DNA of 64,000 nucleotides from a virus (lineage: Duplodnaviria; Caudoviricetes): positions 160,001 through 224,000 of the IMG/VR virus record IMGVR_UViG_2706796186_000001, one strand, 5' to 3'. The position numbers and the translations under genes are program-made. The notes under the pieces are model-generated. The model was not told the origin of the DNA. It worked only from the letters and a program-made list of their open reading frames with translations, and did not search any database. Below are positions 1 to 9,322 of this stretch, in pieces (positions within the stretch are counted from its first letter, which is position 1; every line of letters starts with the position of its first letter).

Positions 1-366
1 GGTAAGGTGACTGTCCATGTGTCAGATAGTAAGGACATGCCTGACTACGAACCCGTGATACATTTGGATTGTATTCGCGTCTCTGTAGTGGTTTATAACG
101 ACACTGATACCGTGTCTTTTAATACCATCATGCGGCCTGCGGAAGGTGTTGAAGTGACAACACGCGAACTGGAATGGGATCGTAAACCGTTCCCTTGTCC
201 GGGAGACGCCACCACTCAGCGCCCAGTTTTACTGTTAGAGCATCATGACCTCATCGCCATGACAACCACCGAAACCAGCTTTAATGAGTTCATCAAGACC
301 GCCGTGGATAAAGGTTGGCAAAACATCCAACGCTACGGTCAGCAAATTGTATTAATCAAACACTAG
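1..366 (+). CDS. Hypothetical protein, probably 5'-truncated by the window; paralogue of the next ORF
   Basis: Frame is open from base 1. Shares FPC..D.T...P..LL and AV..GW......Q..LI with the C-terminus of 384..989. Confidence 0.7.
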   Translation, partial: GKVTVHVSDSKDMPDYEPVIHLDCIRVSVVVYNDTDTVSFNTIMRPAEGVEVTTRELEWDRKPFPCPGDATTQRPVLLLEHHDLIAMTTTETSFNEFIKTAVDKGWQNIQRYGQQIVLIKH

Positions 367-383
367 ACTATCGAGGATTAACC

Positions 384-989
384 ATGTGCCAATTTCCAGA
401 TGTAAACGATATTCTCAACGACCTTGAACGGGGTGCGGATGAAGTAGAGTACGCGGAGATTGCCCGCCTGCTTCCGAATGACACTTCCGATTTGTACGAG
501 GTGGTTGAGCCGCGTAACGTGTTGTCGGTGAAGATTATCCGTGCACAAAGCGCTGGGTTTTCAAAGAACCTGCTCGGTGGGTTGTACGAAGCGATAAGCC
601 GTAACAAACTTATCAGCAGTGCGCAGCTCAAAGTCGAAGCCACGACGATGCGCATTCGCCGTTACCGTCGTACTGTGCGGGTGCCGGGGGTGTCACTGTA
701 TTACAAACCCAACATCTTCCCGGATGATAAAGGGCCGATTGAGATTCACCTTGTGTTACGGGACGGGTGGGAAGATACGTGGTTGGCTGTGGAACATGAC
801 AAGTTCCCTTGTGCCGACGACGTAACACCTAACGAGCCGATGCGTCTGCTGGGAGCCAATGAACTACGTGCCATTTGCAGTGCGTTGATTCCTCGTGAAC
901 ACCACGCGAAAGTGGTGGCGGATTTAGCGGTACAGTACGGCTGGCGTCGCGGGGTTCCCGCGGGTAATCAAGTGTGCTTAATCGGATGA
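384..989 (+). CDS. Hypothetical protein
   Basis: ATG at 384 follows GAGGA; stop overlaps the next start (ATGA). Confidence 0.75.
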   Translation: MCQFPDVNDILNDLERGADEVEYAEIARLLPNDTSDLYEVVEPRNVLSVKIIRAQSAGFSKNLLGGLYEAISRNKLISSAQLKVEATTMRIRRYRRTVRVPGVSLYYKPNIFPDDKGPIEIHLVLRDGWEDTWLAVEHDKFPCADDVTPNEPMRLLGANELRAICSALIPREHHAKVVADLAVQYGWRRGVPAGNQVCLIG

Positions 990-1531
990 AAAATAAAATG
1001 ATTGTAAAACAAATGAACAGCGGCGAAGTCATGTTCAATTACGGCAAAGAATTTCCAGCCGTGCAGAAGTTACCTATCGCCGGGGAATATATCGTCTTTG
1101 AGGACGACTATAAACCGGCTGTTATCTTCAAACATGCCACGATGGCCGCCTCGCGGGTTTTCCTGCTGGAGGCTATCTTCACCACCAAAAATGAATTGCC
1201 CGTTCGTGACCTGCATGCGTTTTGTCCCGGTGGGCCAAAGCAATTCGCGGTTATCTTTGTTCTTCCTCTTTCACTTACGGTCGTGGATAGAGAACCGTCG
1301 GGTTCTATTTGTGCCCCCGATGGCGAGAACGGATACAAAGGGATTAGCGATGCGTTGATTTTGACTGATGCGCACCACTTCTCGAATGACGATATTGACA
1401 AGATACTGAAAGGCGCGGACGGCCGTAATGTGGTGGTCTGCTATTCCAGTGACGTTTTACGTACAAAAGCGCTTCGCCATCTGGCGGAGCAACACAACTA
1501 TTGTGTAGCAAAACACATCTATTCATTCTAA
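986..1531 (+). CDS. Hypothetical protein
   Basis: Long ORF, translationally coupled to the upstream gene. Confidence 0.7.
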   Translation: MKNKMIVKQMNSGEVMFNYGKEFPAVQKLPIAGEYIVFEDDYKPAVIFKHATMAASRVFLLEAIFTTKNELPVRDLHAFCPGGPKQFAVIFVLPLSLTVVDREPSGSICAPDGENGYKGISDALILTDAHHFSNDDIDKILKGADGRNVVVCYSSDVLRTKALRHLAEQHNYCVAKHIYSF

Positions 1532-1541
1532 GGAGCAAGAC

Positions 1542-2105
1542 ATGCGCTATGAAGCGTTTCACATCTGCAAACCTTCTACCTTTATTGAGTCACTGAAAGC
1601 AATGGAGGGCACCACCCTCGTTGAGATGCGCCCGACGTTCTACACAGCGACTCGTGAAGGGGCGCAAAAGATTGCCAAGCAGTACGGCAGCGTGACAATC
1701 ATCCCGGTCACACTCGCTTTGTCACGTCCGTTCATTAATGCACCGGATGCGTCACGAATCACACTCGACTGGTTCTATGAGTTTCTGCCAGGTTATAAGG
1801 TGCTTGCGATCGCAGGTCGTTTTGAGCACCTTTTAGTCAACACCAGCCGCTGGCAGGAACTTGAAGCCAGTTATGGGACACCACTCACGCTGTCTTCCCT
1901 TTACGACCGAAGCCTTCAGGACTTCCTGACGTTACCTTTAGAAATCTGTGCATTAGCCGAAGACGGCGCGATACGGAACATGGTCTCGTCAATGGGGTAC
2001 GATGGTTTCATCTATGGCGGCAGTGGCGATGCAGAAGGGGAAGTGATTTACTATCCCCTGAACACCGCCGGGATTCGCTATGGCAGTGAAGAAATGGTGA
2101 GTTAA
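1542..2105 (+). CDS. Putative ADP-ribosyltransferase-fold protein (ART-PolyVal-like)
   Basis: RBS AAGGAG. Motif order AFH ... FYT....A....YG..I.PV.L...RP ... GYDGFIY ... E.IYYP matches the ART-PolyVal pattern. Confidence 0.5.
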   Translation: MRYEAFHICKPSTFIESLKAMEGTTLVEMRPTFYTATREGAQKIAKQYGSVTIIPVTLALSRPFINAPDASRITLDWFYEFLPGYKVLAIAGRFEHLLVNTSRWQELEASYGTPLTLSSLYDRSLQDFLTLPLEICALAEDGAIRNMVSSMGYDGFIYGGSGDAEGEVIYYPLNTAGIRYGSEEMVS

Positions 2106-2109
2106 GTCG

Positions 2110-2133
2110 CGGGGACGTTGTCCCCGATTTTTT
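2110..2133 (+). terminator. Rho-independent terminator
   Basis: CGGGGAC-gtt-GTCCCCG followed by a T-tract. Confidence 0.75.
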
Positions 2134-2165
2134 ACAACAGCAATCTATATTTTTAGGATAACATC

Positions 2166-2738
2166 ATGCTACAAATGCACAGCTATTTTGATACAGCTGA
2201 ATTGGAACGCCTGCAACGTGAGGGGAAGCTTCCCGTCGGGCTAACGCTGGGCAGTATTCAGAAATGCATGAGCAAAGGGGACGGGGTATTAATGTTATTC
2301 CGTTGTGCACGGTCATGGGACGTGAAAGCAGCCCTTGTCTCGTTGCCGATCGGTGAAACCAAAAATACCCGCAAGGTGTTGACTGCGTTTTGCTCTGTCA
2401 GTGAACTGCCTTCCGAGACGCTCTATTATCACCTCGAGTCCAACCACTTTGCCAGTGCCGAAGTCCATATTCCATCCTCAGCCTGTCTGTCAGATGACTT
2501 CCCGGATTGGGTGGTCTACCGTCATGTTCGTCAAGCGCCGGGTGTGCCTGATGAGATGCGGATTCTGGAACCGGGAATGGTTGATGTGGCGTTGGGGAAT
2601 CTTGACGACAACGAACGCCCCGAACGCATGGAAATCTTTGTGGCCCGTAAAGCCATTAAAGATGTCGGCAACAACATGCGTGGGTTAATTAAGCGCGGGT
2701 TCATCTCACGCAAGTTCATTTACCAGATCTCGCAGTAA
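2166..2738 (+). CDS. Hypothetical protein
   Basis: 190-aa ORF, RBS AGGA. Confidence 0.75.
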   Translation: MLQMHSYFDTAELERLQREGKLPVGLTLGSIQKCMSKGDGVLMLFRCARSWDVKAALVSLPIGETKNTRKVLTAFCSVSELPSETLYYHLESNHFASAEVHIPSSACLSDDFPDWVVYRHVRQAPGVPDEMRILEPGMVDVALGNLDDNERPERMEIFVARKAIKDVGNNMRGLIKRGFISRKFIYQISQ

Positions 2739-2745
2739 AAATAAT

Positions 2746-2770
2746 CTCAGATATATATTACCTAGGTGAG
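2746..2770 (+). promoter_or_regulatory. Putative early (virion-RNAP) promoter
   Basis: GATATATATTACCTAGGTGA is identical to 62340-62359 and contains the TATATTAC core described for phiKZ early promoters. Confidence 0.7.
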
Positions 2771-2824
2771 AGTTAGCTATTAACTCTTGCCTTTCTTTCT
2801 TTTTATCACTTACAGGATAACATC

Positions 2825-3289
2825 ATGCACGATACAACGATCAACTCTACCCGTAAACTATTGGAACGCCGTAACGATATCGAGGCACATTTCAACAGCT
2901 TCAAAGACAAGCTGGGCGACCTGTGGAAAGTGGTACGTAGCGCAAACGGCGATGTGCGTAAGTATGACGAAACGTCCCCAGAAGTGGAGTTCGCGAGGAA
3001 CCTGCCAATGACGCTGCGTGTCCAATTCATGGACACCTTCGGCGACTGGGCAAACCGTTTCGCCGTTGATGTCATTGGCCAATTCAATTATGAAAAATTT
3101 GACATTGACATAGATGGCTGTATTCGTTCTGATGTGGGTCGTGTGGGTGATAGCGTGTACATTAACTTTACCGAAATCGCAAGCGGCATTTCGGTTCGCA
3201 TCGAACTGACCTACGTCGAAATCGCGGGCATGATCGCAGCCGGTTACAACTATAGCATCGAAGCTCCGCTGTTCTTTACTGTTTACTGA
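2825..3289 (+). CDS. Hypothetical protein (probably early)
   Basis: 154-aa ORF, RBS AGGA, directly downstream of the promoter motif. Confidence 0.75.
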   Translation: MHDTTINSTRKLLERRNDIEAHFNSFKDKLGDLWKVVRSANGDVRKYDETSPEVEFARNLPMTLRVQFMDTFGDWANRFAVDVIGQFNYEKFDIDIDGCIRSDVGRVGDSVYINFTEIASGISVRIELTYVEIAGMIAAGYNYSIEAPLFFTVY

Positions 3290-3347
3290 TTCCTTGTGGT
3301 GGCCCTCGCGGTCGCCGCATCCTTAACTTTTTTAAGAGAATGAAAAA

Positions 3348-3731
3348 ATGCGCAAGCTCCTCTCGACTATCGCGGTTGTATGTTTTGTACTGGCAGGTCT
3401 GTCTAAAGTAGTGGAAGCGAACGATACCACGTTCGACAAATTCAAGCCCGCGGATGATACCTATCCGATGGCTCCTGACGAACACGCGGAGTTGCTTCGA
3501 TTTCAAGGAAACATCTACGTGTACAAACTGGTGGGTGCAGATGGTAGCTGTCATGGAGTGGCCATTGCAAATGGTGATACCCGCTTCTACCAGCGTCTCG
3601 AAGATATCGGGTGTGACCCAGATGTCGACCATGTGTCCTTTGCCCCATCTGAACTAGATGGATACCAGATGTTGAACTTCTACAGTAAAACGGTCGCCGT
3701 AGGGCGGATCACAATTAAAGCTCAGGAGTAA
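3348..3731 (+). CDS. Secreted/periplasmic protein 1
   Basis: Signal-peptide-like N-terminus (MRKLLSTIAVVCFVLAG...VEA) and a Cys pair in the mature part. Confidence 0.7.
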   Translation: MRKLLSTIAVVCFVLAGLSKVVEANDTTFDKFKPADDTYPMAPDEHAELLRFQGNIYVYKLVGADGSCHGVAIANGDTRFYQRLEDIGCDPDVDHVSFAPSELDGYQMLNFYSKTVAVGRITIKAQE

Positions 3732-3735
3732 TATC

Positions 3736-4137
3736 ATGAAAGTTATCCTTACGCTGTTGGTTGCAACCCTGTTTAGTTTTGCCAATCTGTCTTACGCGAA
3801 CACCAAACCTCGGTACCCCGACCACATCACCTACGAAAAGACCAAGGTCTCCTTCTGGTGTCAGCGTGAGGATATCAAAGCCGGTGATTGCGACGTGGTC
3901 TCCATGACCCCGGACGAAGAGTGGGTGTCCGTCACCGGCACTCCGGGCACAGCGTGTGAAGATACCCCTATCGGTATCGTGAACCTGCGTACCGGCAAAG
4001 CACGCGATATCGATTACGACGGTGGGTGTAAAACTCAGACCCGTCCGCAGTTTGTACAGATGGCTGATGGCAAGATAGGCTTGCAGGTCGTCGATGTTAA
4101 AGCCAATTGGGCAATCACCACTGTTCCCCTGAACTAA
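3736..4137 (+). CDS. Secreted/periplasmic protein 2
   Basis: RBS AGGAG, signal peptide ending SYA, four Cys. Confidence 0.75.
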   Translation: MKVILTLLVATLFSFANLSYANTKPRYPDHITYEKTKVSFWCQREDIKAGDCDVVSMTPDEEWVSVTGTPGTACEDTPIGIVNLRTGKARDIDYDGGCKTQTRPQFVQMADGKIGLQVVDVKANWAITTVPLN

Positions 4138-4147
4138 GGAAAGTCAC

Positions 4148-4537
4148 ATGCGCCACGCAGTTGCAGTCATCACCGGTTTCGTTTTCGCTTTAGCCGTTTC
4201 GTTTGTCCCTACCGCTTCCGCGTCAACGGATATCGGTGCTATCTTGCAGGAGATTCAGTATCAGTACAACCCGCCGGATTTCGGCGTGTGTGAAAATGGT
4301 ACCGTGGCGTGTAAAGAAGTCGGCAAAAAGGACGAGTTCATTCTCGTCCATGCTGACGGTGGCACCCAATGCCCTGCGGGATATTACTTCATCCTGAATT
4401 CCAAAGAAGGAATCATTGAGCCGGTCATTGCACCGACCTGTGACCCGTCTTTAAAGATTGGTTTCGCACACAGCAGTCGTGCCATCGAACTCGCCTTGTT
4501 TGGTAAAGTCTCAGGTACAGTTCCGCTTGACCGCTAA
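4148..4537 (+). CDS. Secreted/periplasmic protein 3
   Basis: RBS AAGGA, signal peptide ending ASA, four Cys, GGTQCPAGYY motif. Confidence 0.75.
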   Translation: MRHAVAVITGFVFALAVSFVPTASASTDIGAILQEIQYQYNPPDFGVCENGTVACKEVGKKDEFILVHADGGTQCPAGYYFILNSKEGIIEPVIAPTCDPSLKIGFAHSSRAIELALFGKVSGTVPLDR

Positions 4538-4620
4538 CAGTTTGGCCCTGTAACGTTTTCCCCTAAGATGTTATCCTGGTTGCAGGGTCCTTTTTATTCT
4601 TGACTATCGAGGTTTATATC

Positions 4621-5166
4621 ATGATTACTTCTATTACCACAGCTGTCAATACCGCCCGTCGTTATTTCGAAGTGAAAACCGCGTACAACATTGATCGGTT
4701 CCGTTTCCAGTCAATGGTCTCCACTGCCCACAAACTGCTCACCCTGTCTGATGCGATTCGTCGTGACGGGGATGAGCAGGCGGTGGCGCTGGCAGAGAGT
4801 ATCAGCCATCACTGGTTTACCAAAACGCTGGGTTCTAGCCTGTTCGCCGAACACAAGGAAGCCTTCCTTGCAGTACAGTCGTGGATTTATGCGTCAGGCC
4901 ACCAGTTCGATGTGTCACAGAACCAGTACGCAACCGATGAGTATTGTCAACATATTCTGGTCTTACCACCTGCTACCTCGACGCCAAAGATTCTGAACAT
5001 GACCAATTCAGAAATGGCGTTACCGGATTTCGTGCGCTCGGAAATGCACAAAAAGGCAAACGGTGTGCTGCAAATTGGCAAGCGTCGTTTACCTATCTTC
5101 GATTTTACTCGCCGTGAGTGTGGACCGTCGTACAATATCGTGAGCGGATATTGGCCGACTGTCTAA
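4621..5166 (+). CDS. Hypothetical protein
   Basis: ATG follows GAGG; a terminator lies downstream. Confidence 0.7.
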   Translation: MITSITTAVNTARRYFEVKTAYNIDRFRFQSMVSTAHKLLTLSDAIRRDGDEQAVALAESISHHWFTKTLGSSLFAEHKEAFLAVQSWIYASGHQFDVSQNQYATDEYCQHILVLPPATSTPKILNMTNSEMALPDFVRSEMHKKANGVLQIGKRRLPIFDFTRRECGPSYNIVSGYWPTV

Positions 5167-5171
5167 GTCGC

Positions 5172-5205
5172 AGAGGGTGGGGGCTATTGCCCACCCTCTT
5201 TTTTT
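5172..5205 (+). terminator. Rho-independent terminator
   Basis: AGAGGGTGGG...CCCACCCTCT followed by a T-tract. Confidence 0.8.
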
Positions 5206-5224
5206 GCCCAAAAAAGGAACCATT

Positions 5225-5800
5225 ATGCTTGACCAACAACTGTTAACCGCTTTACGTGTACTGGAAATTCAAGAGTCCCTCAAGAACGGCACCAGTGCCT
5301 TTATGATGGGTTGTTCAAAAGAGACCTTTGATCTGTTCCGTCAACACCCGACGTTAGGTCCGTGGATGGAGCAGAAGTATCCGCATACGCTGGCCGCGAT
5401 TGATGCGTACTACGAAGAACCCGAAGACGAGCGGAACATACACGAAGACCCGTTCCGTTATCTGACCAATCAGGAAATGCCGGTGCGGGTGATGTTGGTG
5501 TCTAATACAGAGAACACCATCGAGTGTGAGTTCCCGGACTGGGGTAACGGTAAATCTCGTGTGGTGGTGATTCGTAATCCTGTCGGCCATCAGAAAGTCG
5601 GGGCACCGGGTACCCTTTATGATTTCCAAAATCCTTCCTCGCCGTATATCGTTCCGGTCTTCTTAGGCGATAAGGCACCGCTCTATACACACGACCTCGC
5701 CGTCATGATGACTCAGGTTACATTGGAACTATTACAGTCGGATGAAGGTGTTGCGTGGAGTAACATTTTGGCAACGCGTTCAAAAGACGTGAATGCCTGA
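5225..5800 (+). CDS. Hypothetical protein
   Basis: ATG follows AAGGA (MLDQQ...). Confidence 0.7.
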   Translation: MLDQQLLTALRVLEIQESLKNGTSAFMMGCSKETFDLFRQHPTLGPWMEQKYPHTLAAIDAYYEEPEDERNIHEDPFRYLTNQEMPVRVMLVSNTENTIECEFPDWGNGKSRVVVIRNPVGHQKVGAPGTLYDFQNPSSPYIVPVFLGDKAPLYTHDLAVMMTQVTLELLQSDEGVAWSNILATRSKDVNA

Positions 5801-5803
5801 CGT

Positions 5804-5836
5804 GGTGGCCTTCGGGCCACCTCTCTTAATTTTTTT
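5804..5836 (+). terminator. Rho-independent terminator (UUCG loop)
   Basis: GGTGGCC-TTCG-GGCCACC with a downstream T-tract. Confidence 0.7.
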
Positions 5837-5857
5837 ACGTGAGTATTAATGATTATG
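5833..5857 (+). promoter_or_regulatory. Putative middle/late promoter, TTTTAC-N15-TATG
   Basis: Same spacing at six intergenic sites in the window. Confidence 0.55.
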
Positions 5858-5890
5858 AAATAACTACAACTAATTCATTAGGACCTCGCG

Positions 5891-8404
5891 ATGCTGAAGG
5901 TTGAGCGCATTATTCTAAAAGGTTTTACGGGCATGGGATTGCACGAAATCGAAACTTTTGATTTCACTCTCATGTCCGACGTGACCATTATCTTAGGGGG
6001 TAATGGTTGCGGGAAAACAAGTCTGTTGAATGTCTTCTTCCCGATAGCCCCACCGAAAACCGATTTTGTTGACGGGGGGATGTACACCAATATCGCCCTG
6101 TGTGGCGATGACCGTTACGAGTTCAAAGTGAAACGTGATGGGAACAGTCTGGTTTGCTTTATTAAGAACCTGAGCAAAGATTTAGTGGTGTTGGATCACG
6201 CCAATGCCAAAGTGTATAATTCCCGTGTGTACGAATTGACCGGCATTGATAAAGAAGTCAAAGAACTCATCAACGGCGAATCGTTATTAACGAACGGGAA
6301 TACCGAACAACGTCGTAAATGGTTCACCCGGATGTCCACCTCGGATCTGAACTACGCGCTGGACTTCTACAAGAAGCTGCGCAAGCAAGCCAGTCTGATG
6401 AACGGGGCCATTGACCACACGGCGAAAAAGATAGCGGATTTGCAAGTGCGTGTATTGCACGACGATGAAGAACGCAAACTGCTCAGTGCTCGCTTGGTCG
6501 AGATGGAGTCCGAACTCCGTCAGCTCGATGATGCCATTGCAATCCTTCCAAACTTTGACGGATCATCGAACAAAGAGAAAATCGTTGCGTTCCTGAAGAG
6601 TCTGGAAAGCCAAGTCGCCAAGGTGTTGAACGAACGCACCTTACCAACCGATTTGGAAATCAGCGTGGCTGAACAGACCCTCTCCGTGTGGAAAGAGTCT
6701 GCTGCATCAGCAGATGCCACGACCGATGCGTATAGCCGTGAGTTGTCTATTCTAATGGATGAGGCAACGCGTCAGGAATACCTGATGAAAAACCACAGCG
6801 GACTCAAGGAAACGATTGAAAACCAATCGGCGGCATTAAATGAAATGGTTAAGCATATCACCGCTTGGCCTGATTTGATTGCCGAAGGGTCTATCACTAC
6901 GCAAATGCTGTTAAACGCGCAGAACGACCTCTCTCAGTGGTCTTACTCTTTATCCGGGTCGTTGGATGAAATTATTCATCCGTCACGTTTACGTGAGGCT
7001 GAGGGCCGTTTAACGGAGCATGACGCCATCTCTGCGGATTTGCGTGAGCAACTCCAACGCGCGGAGAATGTGTTGCGTGGGTTAGAACACGATCGTACGC
7101 ATTTTCTTGATACGCAGGAAGTCGCCTGTCCCCGCTGCACGCACGTCTTTCGTCCCGGTGTCAATGACAGCTTAGAGAATATCGAAGCGGCCATTGGACG
7201 TGAAGTCAGTGTATGTAAAGCGCTACGGGAAAGGATTGCGACACACCAATCAACGCGCGGTGACATTGAAACGGATGTAATGGCAAAACGTCGTATCCGT
7301 GACATTATCATGACGTACACAAAAGACCCGGTCGTGGGGTTGTTCTTCAAGCGGTTGATTGAAGAAGAAGTCTTCACCGTGAACCGTGACCGTTATGCGA
7401 TGTTGTCCGTCCAGTTCTTTGACGAACTGAAACAGGCGATTGAATACCGACGGGTGTTTGAAGACTTGGTGAAGTCCAAGAAGGATTGGGATGAAGCGGT
7501 AAACGCGGTGGGGAACATCGACGGGGCACTGAACTCAAAGATTGACCGTATTCGTGCGCTCTTAGCAGAGTCCTCTCAGAAGCGCTCAGACGCGCAACGT
7601 GAGGTTGTGAAGTGGCGTGAAGAGTTACACCGTTTGAACGATGTACGCACGACAGTGGAGTTCCTGAGCCGCGCATTTACGGTTCTCGACACCATGATTG
7701 AAACCTCAACCACCAACGTGATGGTAAACTGCTTACAAACCAAACGACAATCGTTGCTGGACACGTACTCTGTGGCCCGTGATCGTTTCCGTCAGATGGA
7801 CAGTGAGCTGAACGTGCTGGCGGCGTTGGAGGCTGAGCAGAAAGAACTGCAACACCGACAGAAAAACATTCGTCTCATGATTACCGCGTGGTCACCAGAG
7901 AAGGGTGTGCTGAAAAAGTACATCTACAACTCGATCGTGCGCATCACGGAGATGATGAACCGTTATATCGGGGCAGTGTGGCAGTACCCGATGAACGTTC
8001 TGCCGTGTGATGTCAGTGAAGGCGATTTGGATTACACGTTCCCGTACACGCTAAAAAACAACCCGGACCCTGTGGTCGATGTCATTAAAGGCTCCAAGGC
8101 ACAGAAGAACATCTTTAACCTGAGCTACCGCTTGACCGCCTACAAAGGGCTGAACTTACGTCAGTATCCTTTGCTATTGGACGAGCCGTCAGAAGGGATG
8201 GATGAAGAACACAAGCAAGCACTCGTGGCCTTTATCAAGATGTTGGCTGAATCGGGGGAATTCTCTCAGGTGATTGTGGTCTCCCACGAGCCAGAGGTGC
8301 ATTCCAAGTTGAACGAAGCGACGTACTGTGTTGTTGAACCAACGGGTGTGACGTTACCCCCGGTTTACAACGTGGGCGTGAAAATCAAATACGCAGGCCA
8401 GTAA
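5891..8404 (+). CDS. sbcC: SbcC/Rad50-like SMC ATPase
   Basis: Walker A GGNGCGKTS, long coiled coils with a central CPRC zinc hook, Walker B LLLDEP, H-loop VVSHE. Confidence 0.92.
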   Translation: MLKVERIILKGFTGMGLHEIETFDFTLMSDVTIILGGNGCGKTSLLNVFFPIAPPKTDFVDGGMYTNIALCGDDRYEFKVKRDGNSLVCFIKNLSKDLVVLDHANAKVYNSRVYELTGIDKEVKELINGESLLTNGNTEQRRKWFTRMSTSDLNYALDFYKKLRKQASLMNGAIDHTAKKIADLQVRVLHDDEERKLLSARLVEMESELRQLDDAIAILPNFDGSSNKEKIVAFLKSLESQVAKVLNERTLPTDLEISVAEQTLSVWKESAASADATTDAYSRELSILMDEATRQEYLMKNHSGLKETIENQSAALNEMVKHITAWPDLIAEGSITTQMLLNAQNDLSQWSYSLSGSLDEIIHPSRLREAEGRLTEHDAISADLREQLQRAENVLRGLEHDRTHFLDTQEVACPRCTHVFRPGVNDSLENIEAAIGREVSVCKALRERIATHQSTRGDIETDVMAKRRIRDIIMTYTKDPVVGLFFKRLIEEEVFTVNRDRYAMLSVQFFDELKQAIEYRRVFEDLVKSKKDWDEAVNAVGNIDGALNSKIDRIRALLAESSQKRSDAQREVVKWREELHRLNDVRTTVEFLSRAFTVLDTMIETSTTNVMVNCLQTKRQSLLDTYSVARDRFRQMDSELNVLAALEAEQKELQHRQKNIRLMITAWSPEKGVLKKYIYNSIVRITEMMNRYIGAVWQYPMNVLPCDVSEGDLDYTFPYTLKNNPDPVVDVIKGSKAQKNIFNLSYRLTAYKGLNLRQYPLLLDEPSEGMDEEHKQALVAFIKMLAESGEFSQVIVVSHEPEVHSKLNEATYCVVEPTGVTLPPVYNVGVKIKYAGQ

Positions 8405-8577
8405 TGTACAATGCAGCGGTATCGATAGTAGGTTGGGTTCTGACGGTGTTATACATCGTCTTTGGGGCAGGGTGGGCGGTCGGTATCGCGACCGCTTCAC
8501 TGTTCATGATTGCATGGCCAATGCCGTTGCGGTTTGCTAAGCGGGTAAAAGCAAAGTACAAAGGGGGTAGGTCATGA
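8404..8577 (+). CDS. Small membrane protein, 57 aa (not in the ORF track)
   Basis: MYNAAVSIVGWVLTVLYIVFGAGWAVGIATASLFMIAWP...; start overlaps the sbcC stop (TAATG). Confidence 0.6.
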   Translation: MYNAAVSIVGWVLTVLYIVFGAGWAVGIATASLFMIAWPMPLRFAKRVKAKYKGGRS

Positions 8578-8681
8578 TCTTCGATGTGTTGTTTACGTTA
8601 GGTTGTTTGTATCTTGTTGCACGTTCCCTGAACTGGGTGCTGAAACGTGCTAAATTTAAAGGAGCCTTTGATGAAATATAA
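8574..8681 (+). CDS. Small membrane protein, 35 aa (not in the ORF track)
   Basis: MIFDVLFTLGCLYLVARSLNWVLKRAKFKGAFDEI; ATGA overlap with the previous ORF. Confidence 0.5.
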   Translation: MIFDVLFTLGCLYLVARSLNWVLKRAKFKGAFDEI

Positions 8682-8868
8682 AAAGCCGATGTGTGAACAC
8701 ACCATCACCTGGTGGGATGGTTTGTGCATCGCCGTGATGTTGTCGATAGTCCTTTTTTTGAAGTGGGACTGGTTTACGATATTTATCGTTGCCCTTGACA
8801 TGTTTGTGCTGGGCATGCGCTTTGGGCGCAACACGTCGTACTTTAAACCGCTTCTGTTCTGGCGGTAA
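8671..8868 (+). CDS. Small membrane protein, two hydrophobic segments
   Basis: RBS AAGGAG, ATG at 8671. Confidence 0.6.
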   Translation: MKYKKPMCEHTITWWDGLCIAVMLSIVLFLKWDWFTIFIVALDMFVLGMRFGRNTSYFKPLLFWR

Positions 8869-8873
8869 CTATA

Positions 8874-8981
8874 ATGACTAAGATCTTCAAAGGTCTACTT
8901 TGCTCCATTCTTTACTTCGTTACTGGTACATGCGCATTCGCCTTTGGGGCGGTGTATTCCTTGTGCATGGGATTGTTCTGA
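8874..8981 (+). CDS. Small hydrophobic protein, 35 aa (not in the ORF track)
   Basis: MTKIFKGLLCSILYFVTGTCAFAFGAVYSLCMGLF fills the gap between neighbours. Confidence 0.45.
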   Translation: MTKIFKGLLCSILYFVTGTCAFAFGAVYSLCMGLF

Positions 8982-8995
8982 TATAGGACCAATTC

Positions 8996-9247
8996 ATGAA
9001 AAAAGAAAATCCATCTGAGAATGATGACATCGAGGACAGAGTGCGGAAGATAGTAGTAATCGGTCTGGGGATGACCGGTATCTCTACTGCACGCTCTATC
9101 GACGATTTTGCTCAGGAAGTAAAATTAGAGAATGTGAAGTTGGAGCGGCGTTTCGGGGAAGACTGGCGGGGAAACCAGACGAGCCACGAACGGCATGTGG
9201 GGAAGCATGCCGCAAAAACGCGACTTTGGAAAAGTCAACGACGATAA
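8996..9247 (+). CDS. Small protein with an isolated GxGxxG motif
   Basis: RBS AGGA; KIVVIGLGMTGISTAR. Confidence 0.65.
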   Translation: MKKENPSENDDIEDRVRKIVVIGLGMTGISTARSIDDFAQEVKLENVKLERRFGEDWRGNQTSHERHVGKHAAKTRLWKSQRR

Positions 9248-9322
9248 TAGCAACCATGCTATGCGTACTACGCAACCGATTTCACTAACCGTCTTTTAGG
9301 CGGTCTCACTCAGGATAATAAG

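Noticed and set aside
5891-8404. sbcC without sbcD as a novel SMC defence system
   Set aside because: phiKZ-like phages typically encode the nuclease partner elsewhere, and no Wadjet or Lamassu partners are adjacent.
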